This document shows positions 46,624 to 58,960 of a stretch of DNA of 64,000 nucleotides, piece after piece. Source of the DNA: Lama guanicoe (Eukaryota); contig MU054220.1 in NCBI GenBank assembly GCA_013239625.1, positions 5,096,587-5,160,586 on the forward strand, read 5' to 3'. The position numbers were made by a program, and so were the translations under genes. Position 1 is the first letter of the stretch. Each line of letters opens with the position of its first letter. The notes beneath the pieces were generated by a model. That model was not told where the DNA came from. It did no database searches and saw only the letters and a list, made by a program, of their open reading frames with translations.

Positions 46624-48229
46624 GTGGTACTTAGAATTTTTAGATTTCATTTTTTGACTCATTTTTTTGGTTCCCTCCCCATTTCTTGAGAAGATTGAAC
46701 CTGTCTTCTTCACTATTGTATTTCAGCATCTAGCACAGAACAGAACATAGTATTTCCTCAATGACTATTTATTGCATGTTGACAAAAAACACTGTGTCTT
46801 ACATTGTCATTGACTTGATTGACTTGGGGCTTTGAATGACCACTTCCTTCCTTCCCCCACAAGGATACCTGTTCTACCTGTGAAATCTTGGGATATGTGC
46901 TTCACTCGGTTATGCTGCCTGAATTTCCTGAAACTCAAAGGAAAATATTCACTTCAGACTTTTTCTTGGAAAAGAAACATCTGCATGAACCTCCATTAGT
47001 GTGGGTTATTCATTTCTTCTCCAGTTTTTGCACACAGAGCACTCTGAATTTTCTGATTCAACAAATTTTCTGATTCATCTACCTTTCTGATAGACCCCAG
47101 TGGAGGTGCTGTTTCTCAGATCTGCCAGCTTTCTCTCCAGTTGGTGCTGTGGTCTGCTCTATTTGTTCCATTCCCCAGGAGTCCATGGGCCACAGAAGAG
47201 TCTCCAACTGTCACGTTGCTTCCAGCTTGGGGTTCTTTATTTGATGGCTTACAGTTTTTGCAGAGAAGAAGGAAACATTTTTTTCCCTGGAGAATACCAA
47301 CTTTTCCCCCTTTCTGTTTCTGAATATCTTGAACTGGTTAAAATTTGGGGTCCTGAAATCTGTCACTTATTAGGGGCATGAATTTGAGAAACATGTAAAT
47401 CTCTTTAAGTCTTAGTATCCTCTTCAAAAAGAAGTAATAATTTTATGAATTAAGAGAGATGTTGCACCAAAAAAAAAAGATAGCTCTTAATACATTAGCA
47501 AATGATGGTGGTGGTGATGATGATGATGATGATGTTTTTGACTTCTTAAAATTTTTTTTTTATCATGGAACATTTCAAACATCTTTATACTATATAGAGT
47601 ATAATAAAGTCCATGTACCCATCACTCACATGGCTAGTCTCACTCTACACATACCTTCAGATATGATGTGTTTATTGCAGGCAGATCATTGTTTTCAGCC
47701 TCCTTTCGAAACTTTTTATCCTACAGTTAATATGAAAGAACCTTTTGCTATAGCTCTCCAATGTTTGGACTTGAGATTTCTGTGTCTTACTAACTTTACT
47801 CTTGTACTTGAAATGTAAATACAATAAAACTACTCATCAAGATAAATTAGAGGAAAGAGGTTGGAATCTAATTTAGTAAGAACTTGTCAGCATTTAAAGA
47901 CAATTGTAGTTTTATGATTTTTAAAGTCTTATAGTAACTCAAATTAATCTAACTGTTGGGAAACTGAGGTCTTTTGGGATCTATCTTGATAACTATTAGA
48001 GAGATAGTTAAAGGAGCATGTTAATTGTTTTTAAAAATGTTCTTATAAAAAGCTTCTTTTTCTTAAATGAGGAGGTTAAGTATTTTCCTTGGAATTTATG
48101 TTGTAAGGAAATGTTGTTTTCTGAAATTTTCAGAAGTTCAGAGCCAATGGTAAATCAAGATAAAATTGCCTTTTATTCACTAAACTGTTACACAAACAGT
48201 TAATAATTTCTATTGTCTTTTGAATATCT

Positions 48230-48960
48230 ATCTACCATGTGTCAGGGCTTGACATATTCTTATTTCATTTAAATTTTCACAGCAATTCCCTTGTGGCATT
48301 ATCCTGATGAGGTAAAGCAAACACACAGAGATTAAAATATTTGCCCAAATTCGTATAGCTAAGAAAAGAAAGAAGTAGAATCTGAACCAGTTCTCAAAGC
48401 CCATGTCCCTTCCTCTACTCCTTACTTCAAACCAATAGCAGAGGCAAACTCACAGGTGGCTCACTATCATCAAACGGGGTGAGAGCTCTGGGAGAGGTAA
48501 GTGTGAAGTGCTCTGGCACCCTAGCAGAAGGCAGAGCAGGGTACCACTAACTGACCTCAGGAACGTTTGTTAAGGCTTCCCAGAAGGAAGGCTGATGGGT
48601 CTTGGAGGATGATTAGGAAAAAAATTACAACAGTCTATATTCAGTGAAATGTGGTCAAGTGTTTTTGTGTGGCCAGAGGTGCTTTTGAAAATAGTAATTT
48701 TTTTCTAATTTGAAAATAGATTAGAGTAGAAAGGATAGAAGCCTGGGCCCTGAAAGCTAACAATCTGAGTTCAAACCCCAGTTCTGCCACACACAAACTT
48801 GTCAAGTGCTTTAACTGCTATGAACGTAAGTTCCTTAGATGTAGAATAAAAGTAACAACAGTTCATACTTCACATGTATTATGAGGATTAATTTAAAGGA
48901 GATGATGCATATAAAGCATTTATCACACTAACTGGTACATTTTGCTTATTCTCATTATAA
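48230..48960. mobile_element. Two MIRs (- about 48230-48430, + about 48720-48960)
   Basis: TTTCATTTAAATTTTCACAGCAA; CTGAGTTCAAACCCCAGTTCTGCCAC...TATGAGGATTAA. Confidence 0.7.
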
Positions 48961-49789
48961 GGAAAAAAATTAACCTTAAAAAAACCAAACAGACAATGGT
49001 TGGGCAAATGATTTCCTTAAGGATTGGTCATGATCTTAAAAATGAGCTTCTGTCTATTTCATCCTATCTCTTGGAAAATTCCTTTGTCTTTCTATGCAGA
49101 CCTTTGTGGAAGGCAGTGAAAATCCCAATGGGCATGTTATCCCTCTTTATTCTAGAATCCTCCAGACCACTTTTTTTTTTTTTGACCAGCTCAAAGAAGA
49201 TACTTCTTATTCTTGACTTCACTAGTCCCTTGACTCTCGCTCTCCAAGCCCTATTTGGCATGCTTCCATGGTGCAACCTTGGTTTCCCTCAGATAGGATG
49301 CTTGACATTCCTCCTCTGTGGCTGTGCAGTCCTGCCTCCATCACAGCCTCCTTATTAAGAGTGAGGATCAGACAACTTCAAGGCAATGCTGGGAGGGAGG
49401 ACCAGCCTCAGGTTTCCTCTGAGGGCTTGTTCTATATGTTATTCTCTTTCTTCTCAATATTCTTTCAACCTCTCTTTCTATATCCTTCTCCATAGCCCAT
49501 AAACATGACACAGTTAAGTTTGAGAAAACTGTCCCTTGACCCTGCATGCGCTTCTAGTCACCTCTAATTATCTTTTCTTTCCAGTATGAGATCTGTGAAG
49601 GCATGGTCTATAATCACTGGCTCCACTTACCATCCACTTCTTAATCCTTTTAATGAGTTTCATCCCTTTTTATCTGCTAGAATACCCCATCATCACCTCT
49701 TCTCCACCTCAACTCCTGTATATCATATATTCATCTTACATGATCTTGTAAATCACCATCCCCTCTATGAATTATTTCCTAAACCTATT

Positions 49790-50125
49790 ATATTAGTCTA
49801 TGAGACTGCTGTAACAAAATGCTGTAGATTGGGTGGCTTATAAAGAGCACACATCTATTTCTCAGATTTCTAGAGGCTGGGAATTCCAAGATCAGGACAC
49901 TGGCAGATTCAGTGTCTGGTGAGGTCCATTTCCTGGTTTGTTGTGTCCTCAGATAGCCAACTGTAAGGAAGCTCTTTGGGGCCTCTTTTATAATTCCATT
50001 CACGAGGGCTCCCCCTTAATGGTCTAATCGTCTTGCAAAGACCTCACCCGAATACCATCACATTGGGGATTAGGTTTCAACACATGAATTTTAGGGGGAT
50101 ACAAACATTCATTCAGCCTATAGCA
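49790..50125 (-). mobile_element. MLT1A0-type MaLR LTR
   Basis: GCTGTAACAAAATGC...GGGTGGCTTATAAA...AATACCATCACATTGGGGATTAGGTTTCAACACATGAATTTTAGGGGG. Confidence 0.9.
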
Positions 50126-50384
50126 CCTGTACAGATAGAATTGTGAGACTATTCCCACTAGAACTTGAATCAGTAATAGCCCACTGATTTCCACTTGAAT
50201 GCTAACATCAATCAGTTGCTTGTGGTTCAGTATTAGAGTAATAGGTTGAGAAAGATCCTGAGGTCAAATCTGGGACTTGCTGGGAGGAGTATTATGGTAA
50301 ATTAGTGAAGTCTTTTCTGGAACGGGAGGTGAGAAGATGCCTTGTGAGCCACATGTAAACTATTTCGTTTTCCATAAAGAGGCC

Positions 50385-50398
50385 GTTGTTATAGCAAC
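50385..50398. promoter_or_regulatory. Candidate RFX X-box
   Basis: GTTGTTATAGCAAC, one mismatch from the perfect palindrome GTTGCTATAGCAAC; ~0.9 kb upstream of the CpG promoter. Confidence 0.45.
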
Positions 50399-50835
50399 TA
50401 TATAACATTAGTTGCACTTACTTGTGTTGCATATTTATCTTGTTATACTAGATGTGAGTCCCTCTGAGTAGTGCTCTGGCTTGTTTGTCTTTTCACCTCA
50501 GCAAAAATCACAATCTTTCAGGATTTAGTAATCCTCAGATTTTGCTGAATGCATGAAAAGAAAGCTTTTGCTTTCCTGCCTCTGATTTTCTTGAGATAAA
50601 TCACTCTTTCTGCCTTTAGTATGCACAATCCCAAATGTTGAATTCACCTAGAGAAGTGGTTTTTCAACCATTTTTAGTGCAGAAACCTTAACCCAAATGA
50701 AATCTCATCCTGGATAAGTAAAACACAAAGAGTTCTTGTTTGTAAGGAGGTGAAGGATGGTCCGAAGCCTTACCGTCCTCTCCCCTATCCCCCCACCTCC
50801 AGCCATGTTTCCTCCCAAACGGCCGGAGGTCAGAG

Positions 50836-51023
50836 CAGCAGTTCCCAAAGTGAAGTCTGTAAACCAACAGCAAAGCATCACTTGGGAACCTGTTAAGAGA
50901 TGCAGTCTCCTCTCTACCTTATATCCACTGCATCAGACTCTCTGGGGATGGGGACAAAATCGGCCTGTGTTTTAATAAGGTCTCAGATAATACTCAGGCA
51001 TACAAAAGTTTGAAAAGCATTGC
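50836..51023. mobile_element. MER5A-type MITE
   Basis: GCAGTTCCCAAAGTG...GCATCACTTGGGAACCTGTTAAGAGATGCAG...AAAGTTTGAAAAGCATTGC. Confidence 0.8.
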
Positions 51024-51159
51024 TTAAGAGTTCGTTGGGGGTCTTAGTTAAACCATCACTGAGCAGAGGAAGATTACTGGCTCCTTATCAGGTGCTTTCA
51101 TTAGCCTACCGTTAAAACATTCTCAGAACATAAAGTGTTATCCAGTGCCATTAAACCAC

Positions 51160-51325
51160 AGGGCTCGGATACGCCCAATGCCCGGAAGGCAAGTAACTAA
51201 ATTTTCCCGCGCTTTAAAAATTGGCGCAACTGAGCCTCAGGCGCAGGCGCAGGCGCAGTGTGCACCTGGCGGGCTGGGGGCGACGCCTCTAGGGATTCGT
51301 CAGGTGGCCGGAAGCGGAAGCGGAG
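51160..51325 (+). promoter_or_regulatory. CpG-rich TATA-less Pol II promoter
   Basis: Only dense CpG cluster in the window; CCAAT ~51175; CCGGAAG 51182; E2F TTTCCCGC 51203-51210; TTGGCGC 51221-51227; NRF1-type GCGCAGGCGCAGGCGCAG 51241-51258; tandem ETS CCGGAAGCGGAAG 51308-51320. Confidence 0.9.
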
Positions 51326-51408
51326 CGTCGTCTCCTCAGAGACGGCGCGGCCGCCGCCCGCCTGGGAGAGCGATCTCCGCGACCCCGTTCTTCAGCGAGC
51401 GGCAGCAG
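51310..51408 (+). other. Putative non-coding first exon (5' UTR) of an unidentified gene; TSS approximate
   Basis: GC-rich and ATG-free; ends at donor CAG|GTGCGG (GT at 51409); CpG density falls right after. Confidence 0.65.
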
Positions 51409-53499
51409 GTGCGGTTTCACGGGGGAAGGGAAGTTACCCTTGTGGTGTCTAATTATTTCCCTCACAGGCTTTCTGACTGAGTGTGAACTTCTTCCCATAC
51501 TTAAATTTAAACATTGTCACTCTTGAGGCCTCCCATGTCAATGTAGTGTTAAAAGTGACACGCGTTGGATTTGAGTTCGGAGAACTCTCTGGTCTCACTG
51601 GAGATGAGACATTTCAGGAGGTAGTGATGGAAGTGACAAAGTGTACGCATTCCCTGCCTGGGAAGAATGATGGGTTCGTGCCCATATTCGTTTATACCAG
51701 CAGTGACTTCTCTCCAGTGGATCTTCACTCTGGGAACCAGAGCTCGGCTGAAGCTGTGGATCCAAGGAGGAAAGAAAGAAATTCAGTTGCCCCAAGACTG
51801 TGTTGAAGCCACAGGAGGAATAAAAGGGCACCTGCTTCAGCAGCCTGAGCCCAGCAAGCTGAGTTTTGTGGGGGAAGTTGCGGATGGCAAATTCCCAGCC
51901 AAGATGGATCGTTTAGTGTGTTTTTTGGCTTGGGAATCCTGTCTCTGGGTTTACATCCTGGTCTGACTGCTGACCGCGTGGAGCTAGCTGAAGCTTTTAG
52001 GGAAATCTATTACCAAATGGATCATCAGTTTAGGAATGGGCTTGAGTCCAGACATTATGTACTTAAACATTAACCTCACAACTAGCCATAAGGATATGGT
52101 GATCTGACCTGGAGACAGTTTTAATTTGCTTTGACCAGAGACAGTGAAGAGTCTGTTCTATGTACTGTACAGTGGGGATAATGAATACCAGGATCGGGGA
52201 TGGGAGATCCTGCAGTATTTCAACAGGTACACCAGCATCCATTCATGTAGCTGTTCTTCAATTGATAATGTTCAGAATCAAATCCCAAAAGACAAGATGG
52301 AGTTCCTTCCTGAGGGACACTCTAGGTACATCTATCTTCTCTTTCCTGATGACATGAATTTCCTCAACCTTGACAGATACGTCTCTAATATAGAGGGTCA
52401 TCCCCTGGGCTGTCAGGATTTTAGCTTAAAAAGCTTGGAATAACTCCCAATCATAAGACTTTTCTGGATTGAACATTGTGTATAGAATTTTTTTTTAAGT
52501 TCCTAGATTGGCAAGCCAATTGCTTATGCATAAAATTAGTCATCCTTTGACCTTTAGCCATGGGGGTGTGCAACCCAGCTGGCTATTGTGAGTCAGACAA
52601 GTTCCAATTCTGGATTGAAGATGGCAAGTCCAACGAGCTGGGGTCCAGGACCCTTTGGAAGGCCAGGTACCTATGGGTTTTTCAGGGCAGATGCCAGTTG
52701 TTTTGAATCCATCCTCATGTGTTTCTTTAAGTGGTAATTCTCTTTGACTTTGGGGTTTGTTTCTGTCTGTGCTTTCTAAATCAGGACCAGTGTAAAAAGG
52801 AGGAATAAAATCAGCAAGTTTTTGATTTATAGAAAAAACAAAACAAAGCAAAAACCTACCAACAATACAAAATCCTGCCAAACAGTCTGATTTGTGCTTT
52901 CAGTTAGCTCCTTTGGGGGGAAGCTGCACTGCTATTTGGGAGAAGAGAGAGGCTTATAGCTGGTGACATAGTTGACGGACCCTGACAATGGAGGCTAATG
53001 GGGAAGGCAGGGGTAGACTAAATATGCCCTGTGGAAGGACATGGCTCCTGTTGAGCTTGGTCAGCTTGTGATTTAAAAAGATATTAAGGAAAAAATAATT
53101 GGTTGCAATTCCAGTGACACTTGCCAGTGTCATTCTCACTATTAATTGAGTTCCCATACTGTGCCCAGTAAAGTTTTAACAGAGCGAAGCATGGTAAATT
53201 TGTAGACCCAGCAGGTTGCTTATTGGGGTTGCACAGTCTGGCTTTTGCTATGAGCATGGAACGATGGGCTATCAACTTTACATTTACCCTCCAGCTGGGC
53301 TCTCTCAGCTGTTCGGAAGAGCCAAGCCAGGTGACTATAGACAATAAGTAAAAGGAACAATTTAGGATCCCATGCAGATTAATAGTGAGAAAGAGGTTTA
53401 ATAATTTTTTTTTGATTTGAGAGATACTGTCATAGAACAGTAGAGAGGCACTGTAAGTGAATAAGATCTCAGATCATGGAGTTGGTGAGACCTACGAGA

Positions 53500-53875
53500 T
53501 ACTGTTCTGAAAACATTCTTCCCCCGTTGTATAGCTCTGTGGAGTACTATACTTCCCTTCTACATGGATGTTGGGCTTAGCCATGTGACCTACTTTGGGA
53601 TGTTAGCAGAGGTGATGGGAGCAGGGGCTTGAAATGTGCTTATGTGGTTGGGCCTGCCCCCTTGTGCTTTGGTTATCCATCACAGGAAGGATATGCTTCT
53701 GGTAACCACGCTCCTTTCAGCTGGGATCCAGAGTAAGATCCTGGAGCCAACCTGCAATCTGCTGATGGGTTATCAGCTGAGTCATAGCTGACCTGTACAT
53801 TCCTGAGCCTGAAAATAAATGCTGTTGTTGTATATTGCTGAACACGGGAGTGATTTGTTGTGTGTCTGGTGTAGA
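53500..53875 (+). mobile_element. MLT1-type MaLR LTR nested in a MIR
   Basis: GGGCTTAGCCATGTGACCTACTTTGG...GCTTGAAATGTGCTTATGTGGTTGGGC...AAATAAATGCTGTTGTTGTA; MIR halves at ~53435-53495 and ~53876-54060. Confidence 0.75.
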
Positions 53876-54089
53876 CACTTGGGTACAAATACTCCCTCTG
53901 CTGCCTTCTAGTAGTGTAATTCTGGCAGCATACCACTGTGTTTAAGCCTTAATTATGCAATATGGGCAGTGGTTTAACTATCACACAGGTAGCATTAAAT
54001 GAGCTAATACATATAAGTATGTTTCATTATATCTTGTACTCAATAAACATTAGTTATAGTTTAGAGCGATAAGTATAGTAATGATGGAT

Positions 54090-54350
54090 ACAATTTATTG
54101 AGCACTTACTACTCTGTGCCCAGAGCTAATGCAGATATTTTGCCTGTTTAGCTAATATTCCCTACAACTCCAAGAAATAATTATTAATATTATATTCTTG
54201 ATATAATACATTAATATATTCCCATTTTATAAATGAATGTTCAGAGAGGTTAAGTAACTTGAACAAAGTTGCATGGATAGTAAGTTATAGAGTTGAGTTC
54301 TTGTTCTAGTGTGCTTTACCCTGTGGCTTATGTTCTTTGCATTATGCTAG
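54090..54350 (-). mobile_element. MIR SINE
   Basis: ATTTATTGAGCACTTACT...CCCATTTTATAAATGAA...TCAGAGAGGTTAAGTAACTTG. Confidence 0.85.
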
Positions 54351-55829
54351 ACTTCTTCATCCAAGTTTATGACTACAACTAATGTCAGTTTAGTGTACCA
54401 TGGTTAATGAAGCATTTTCATATTGTCACATATAATTCTTCCAATTACAAAGTTGGACAGATAGCAGTGTGGCCCCCAACAGGTTGTTTTTTCTTTTCTC
54501 TGGCTGCCAAGAAATCACCTTGGAATCAACACATGCAGATCCCCTTCATTTAGTAGGATAGATGCAGTCACTTTGATATCACATAGGGAGCATCCTTTTA
54601 GAAGGGTTAATGTGTTTAAAGCCACAGGGTCTTGTTCTGCCTAGAATGGTGGGGTTAATCTTTCTCAAGTCCCTGGGTAGCCACTTTTAAAAGGATAAAC
54701 AGGCAGCCCCATATTCTGAAGGCAGAGGCTGTAGTCAGACCGTTTTTGTTTTTAGGGCATCATAAGGAAAGCAGCCTGTTTCCCTGGTTTGGAAAGAAGG
54801 TGGATAAGTGGTTCTGGATCTGAGAGGTAGAGGGTAAAGAAACAAGAGTGACCCCGGTGCTCCTGGGGCCAAGTAGTTCCCTGGAAAGTGGCTGTATATG
54901 GGAACTGCAAGTGTTGGTCATTAGATCTGTAACTGGTAGAAGTCCAACTATGGGGCTTTGTTGGTTAAGCCTAACTTTAAAGGGACTGAGACTCTTCTTT
55001 CGAAGAATGACTTCAGGCTGTGCTGGAATCTGGAGCTGTGAAATATCACAGCAGTGGATCCACAGCAATTTTGGTATAGAACCAGCTCTAGCAAAGAAAT
55101 TAGGCCTGTTGACTGATCAGACTCTTTTTTCCATCCCCCTGGGTAAGAAAAAAATCTTTTTATGGATCTCTAAATACCTTGAGTTTCTTGCCTAATTCAT
55201 GAGAATAAGGAGCTTTAAGAGGGAGATAGTGGCTTTATTGCTAATAAAGCTAATAGAAGTGATGTGTCCATATTTGTATTTCCAGTGTGCGTAGCTGTTT
55301 GTATCTGTTATATACGGTTAGGGAAACCACAGCTTGGAGACATGCCCAGATATTTGTAGTTAAGAAGTGATGGCATCAGGACTCAGATTCTGATCTTCTG
55401 ATTGTACTTCCTGCCCCTCCTGGTTTCCTCAGTCTGACCAGGTGGAAGAACTCAGTACTTAGAGTTGTTGCCCCACCTACAGAAGATGCACATAAGGCAG
55501 TGTTCAAGTTTAACAAGATTTATGCATTGAGGTGACATGAGAGATTTATCAAGACAACTTCGAACTGAATATTGGATACCTCTGTTTATAATAGGTTTTG
55601 TTTTTCACCTTGTAAGATTTTTTCCACTGGCCTCTTTAACCTCACTTGTCCTCATATTCACACCATTTTCTTAGTCTCCACCCTCCCCCACCTTATCTGT
55701 CCCTTCTTCTATCTCTCCGTTTCTCTCAAGAAGAAAAAACATGTTTTTTTTTTTGTTCTCTGTTCCCTCGGCTCTTTCTCATACCCACTGTGTGTAGTTA
55801 TTTGTATCTATTACATACAGTTGGGGAAA

Positions 55830-56500
55830 CCAAAGCTCTGAGTGAAATAGGAAGCCATTGAAAGGTTTGGAACAGAGGAGTGAGCTGATCTTATTTATGT
55901 TTCTAAGAGATCTCTCTGGTTTCTGTCTTGAGAATAGATGTTAAAGAGCCATGGGCAGAGGGAGGTAAGTTGGGAGATAGGATAATCCATGATAGAGTTT
56001 AAGGTGCTTGTTCCAGGGATGTTGTGGTGGTGAGTGGTGGAAGTGGTTGGACTTTCTATGTATTTGAATGTAATGCTGGCAGAATTTGATGAATGGTTAC
56101 CTATGGTAACCTAAGAGAGAAGTGATAAAGATGTCTGAAGCTTTTGGAAGAGCACCTTGAAGGATGGGGTTACCGTTAGTCATGTAGGGAAGACTATGGA
56201 AGGAACATGCTTGGAGGAGGATGATCAACAGCTTAGTTTTGGGCATATGGAGCCTAGAGACATAAGCATATAGATATCAATCAGGAAATGGAATATTCTA
56301 GGCTCAAGTTCAGTGGGGAGGTCTGAGCTAGAGATATAAATTTTGGAAGCATCTGAAACTGATGGCTTTGAAAAACCAAGAGATTAGGTGACATCACTCA
56401 AGGAATGGTGGGCACATTCAGAGAAGAGCTGTAACGCATGGAACACTGCAACTTAGAAAGGTAAGGAGATGAGGAGACAGGAAAGGAATGGCCTCTTCTC
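55830..56500 (-). mobile_element. L2 LINE fragment
   Basis: GGAAGCCATTGAAAGGTTTGGAACAGAGGAGTGA...CAGTGGGGAGGTCTGAGCTAGAGATATAAATTTTGGAAGCATC. Confidence 0.85.
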
Positions 56501-58574
56501 TCCACTAAATATCTACCTAAAATAGTCATTCATATATATGCAAATGCATGTATTATTCAGTCTATAAATGATTCTTTGTGCACATGTGGTTAATAGAACT
56601 TTTGTAATTGTAGGTATGTAGTAGACATTGAATAAATATTAGTTGAATGAAGAGCAAATAGAAGAATGACTGAAGTACTTCATCATCTTTCCCACACTGT
56701 CTGAGGCCTACAGTAGTGTTTTGAGGATATTATTTTAATGTGTTTTTTGCCTCTTTATATGTACACTGGAGTGCACCCCAGACCATCAGAGGAGAATATT
56801 GTCCCTGAATCGACTTCCTTATCCCAACTCTCTGTGGACTTGGGGTGATCTGTTCAGGCAGAGCCCTCTGTGCATTCAGAGGCTATTTAGAACTAGTAAT
56901 ATCACTCTTTGGGCAAATGATAAACAAAGCACTCAGGCCATAAGTAGAGAAGGAATTTTTTTGCAGGAAGGTGTTCAGGGAATTGAGCTCTTTTGCTGAG
57001 AGCCCTACAGCCTGCCCAAGGCAGGGTAAATAGGCAAAAGATCAGATTCACTCCTTATCCTCCAAAGAAATGGCTTTCAATCTGTCAGTCCAGTAGGAGA
57101 GGCAGCAACTCTGAATGCCTCACCAGTGCCTTCCTGGTGGGAATGTGCAGTTGGCCATGCTGATTGCTTGCCTTTCTTCTGATTAATATCCTCTTGGTGT
57201 TGAAATTCATTTGGATTCCAGATGCCTCATCTTATAGATTTCAATTTAGAAGCAGAGGAAAATACAATAGGATTCTAATTATATAGAGTTTTAAATATCA
57301 CTGAACAGTCTCCCTCCTACTCTTCCTGACCCTGCTGTGACTTTATTTGGAAAATAAGATTTTCTTTTCTTGGTGGGTGCTGGAATCTCAAACTACCCTT
57401 TTACTTGTGCTAGTTCAAGAGGATATTTTTTGTTTGTAACTTGGAGGTTTCTCTGAAGAACCCTTAGAAGTAAAAAGAGCTTGACTTTGTAGTATAGGTA
57501 GGACAGTTGGATTCACCCCCAAGTAGAAATATCAGGAAGGAGTCATCTAAGCTTTGTGAAATATGGAATAAAGAGTCCTCTGGTATCTTCACAGGGGCTT
57601 ATAGATACACCCAAAGGTAGACAAAGTGTCTTCCTGACTCTGACTCTTGCTCACACAGCATATTGACATGTAACATGGCATAAAATGCCACGTGATCCTG
57701 ATCAATTCACATGTACATATAACCTGAAAGTGTGCTGGAAACTGTTAAGATCCAATAAGGCAAATCTTTTCCAGTGGGAGAAGGAAGCCAGGGGATAAAC
57801 TCTGCCATCATTTTCCCCGTGGAGAGTCTTGAGACTGAATTTATACAGCTTTTTGGATGACGATCTTATAAGACAACAATTAGTTGGACTTGGCAGTGGC
57901 CAGCTTGATGATGTGTCCTCAGCTTTTACCTTCCTTCCTTTGTTTTACTTCCCTTACCCCTCACTCCTGTTGCATGTGTTTGAACTCTCAAATACAGTAG
58001 GACCACATAATCCTTTGCTTCAGGCTCTGTTTATAGTCTAAGGCTGGTTTCTGAAGAGCATGGGCTTCTCACCACTCTTGATGGTGTGGGCTGCCAGAAA
58101 CAAAATTATTAAACATAGCTTTATCATCTGAAAAGAAGAGATTTAATGGGTTGACCAGAAAGGCTATGACAGGATTCGTGCAGCAAATTTCAAGGAGATT
58201 TTCTGTGTAGCTTGGTTTTTTTTAATCAGCTACAGATGTGAGACTCTTCATGTTTCGGGAACACTAGATTGTGGCTAGAGAGGGGATCAGAAACCAGGAT
58301 CTACTGATTGGTCAATGTGATATGCTCACTTTGGCAACCTCAAAGTTTTCTTTTCTTTACTGTTTATTCTTAACAGTTCTACTGAATTGGGAGTTGGGTG
58401 GCGGAAGTACTGCCTTAGCCTCTTTATTGCCACTTAATGCAGTCCTCTCTGGGTGACTCTAGCCAGCATCAAGATTATTAGAAAAAAAAAACAGATCAAT
58501 ATTGGAAGTAACAGAAATGTAGCATAAATATGGAATTAGTGGTGAAAAAAGTAGGGAAAAATCACGTGTAATTT

Positions 58575-58960
58575 GTGTCAGTGGCTGACTGGGTGTTCAT
58601 GAAACCATTTTCCTTTTCCCCCAGAGCAGTTGGATTACATCCCCAGCCTTCTTTACAGGTAGATGGGGCTGTATGACTGAGTTCTGACCAATGGAATGTG
58701 GGCAGATTCTAGGCAATTCTGGGCTTAGCCTACCTCCTGTAAGTGATTCTCCATTCTTTGTCCCCAGTTTGTAATTGAATTGAGAGGATTCTAAGGACTT
58801 AGAGGACCATGGAGTCCCAAGATGGAAGGAGCTTAAGTCACTGAATGACCCATTTCTCCATGGCTAACCCATACTGGACTGTCACATGAGAACTTGCCTA
58901 TTTCTGTGTTAAGTTACATACATTTTGGAGTTGTTATAGCATTTAACCTACTCTGACTGG
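58575..58960 (+). mobile_element. MLT1J/I-type MaLR LTR
   Basis: CCCAGCCTTCTTTACAGGTAGATGGGGCTGTATGACTGAGTTCTGACCAATGGAATGTGGGCAGA...AAGATGGAAGGAGC. Confidence 0.75.

Noticed and set aside
47459..47818. ORF with DGGGDDDDDD
   Set aside because: It is the translation of a (GGT)/(GAT) microsatellite at a MIR tail, followed by L1-like sequence.
51145..51498. Overlapping ORFs across the CpG island (QAQAQAQ, RKRKR)
   Set aside because: Stop-poor GC-rich DNA. The peptide repeats are translations of the NRF1 and ETS hexamer arrays.
54990..55150. Exon-like unit ending at GG|GTAAGA with an open frame (MTSGCAGIWS...)
   Set aside because: The acceptor is weak and I recognise no protein similarity; not distinguishable from chance.
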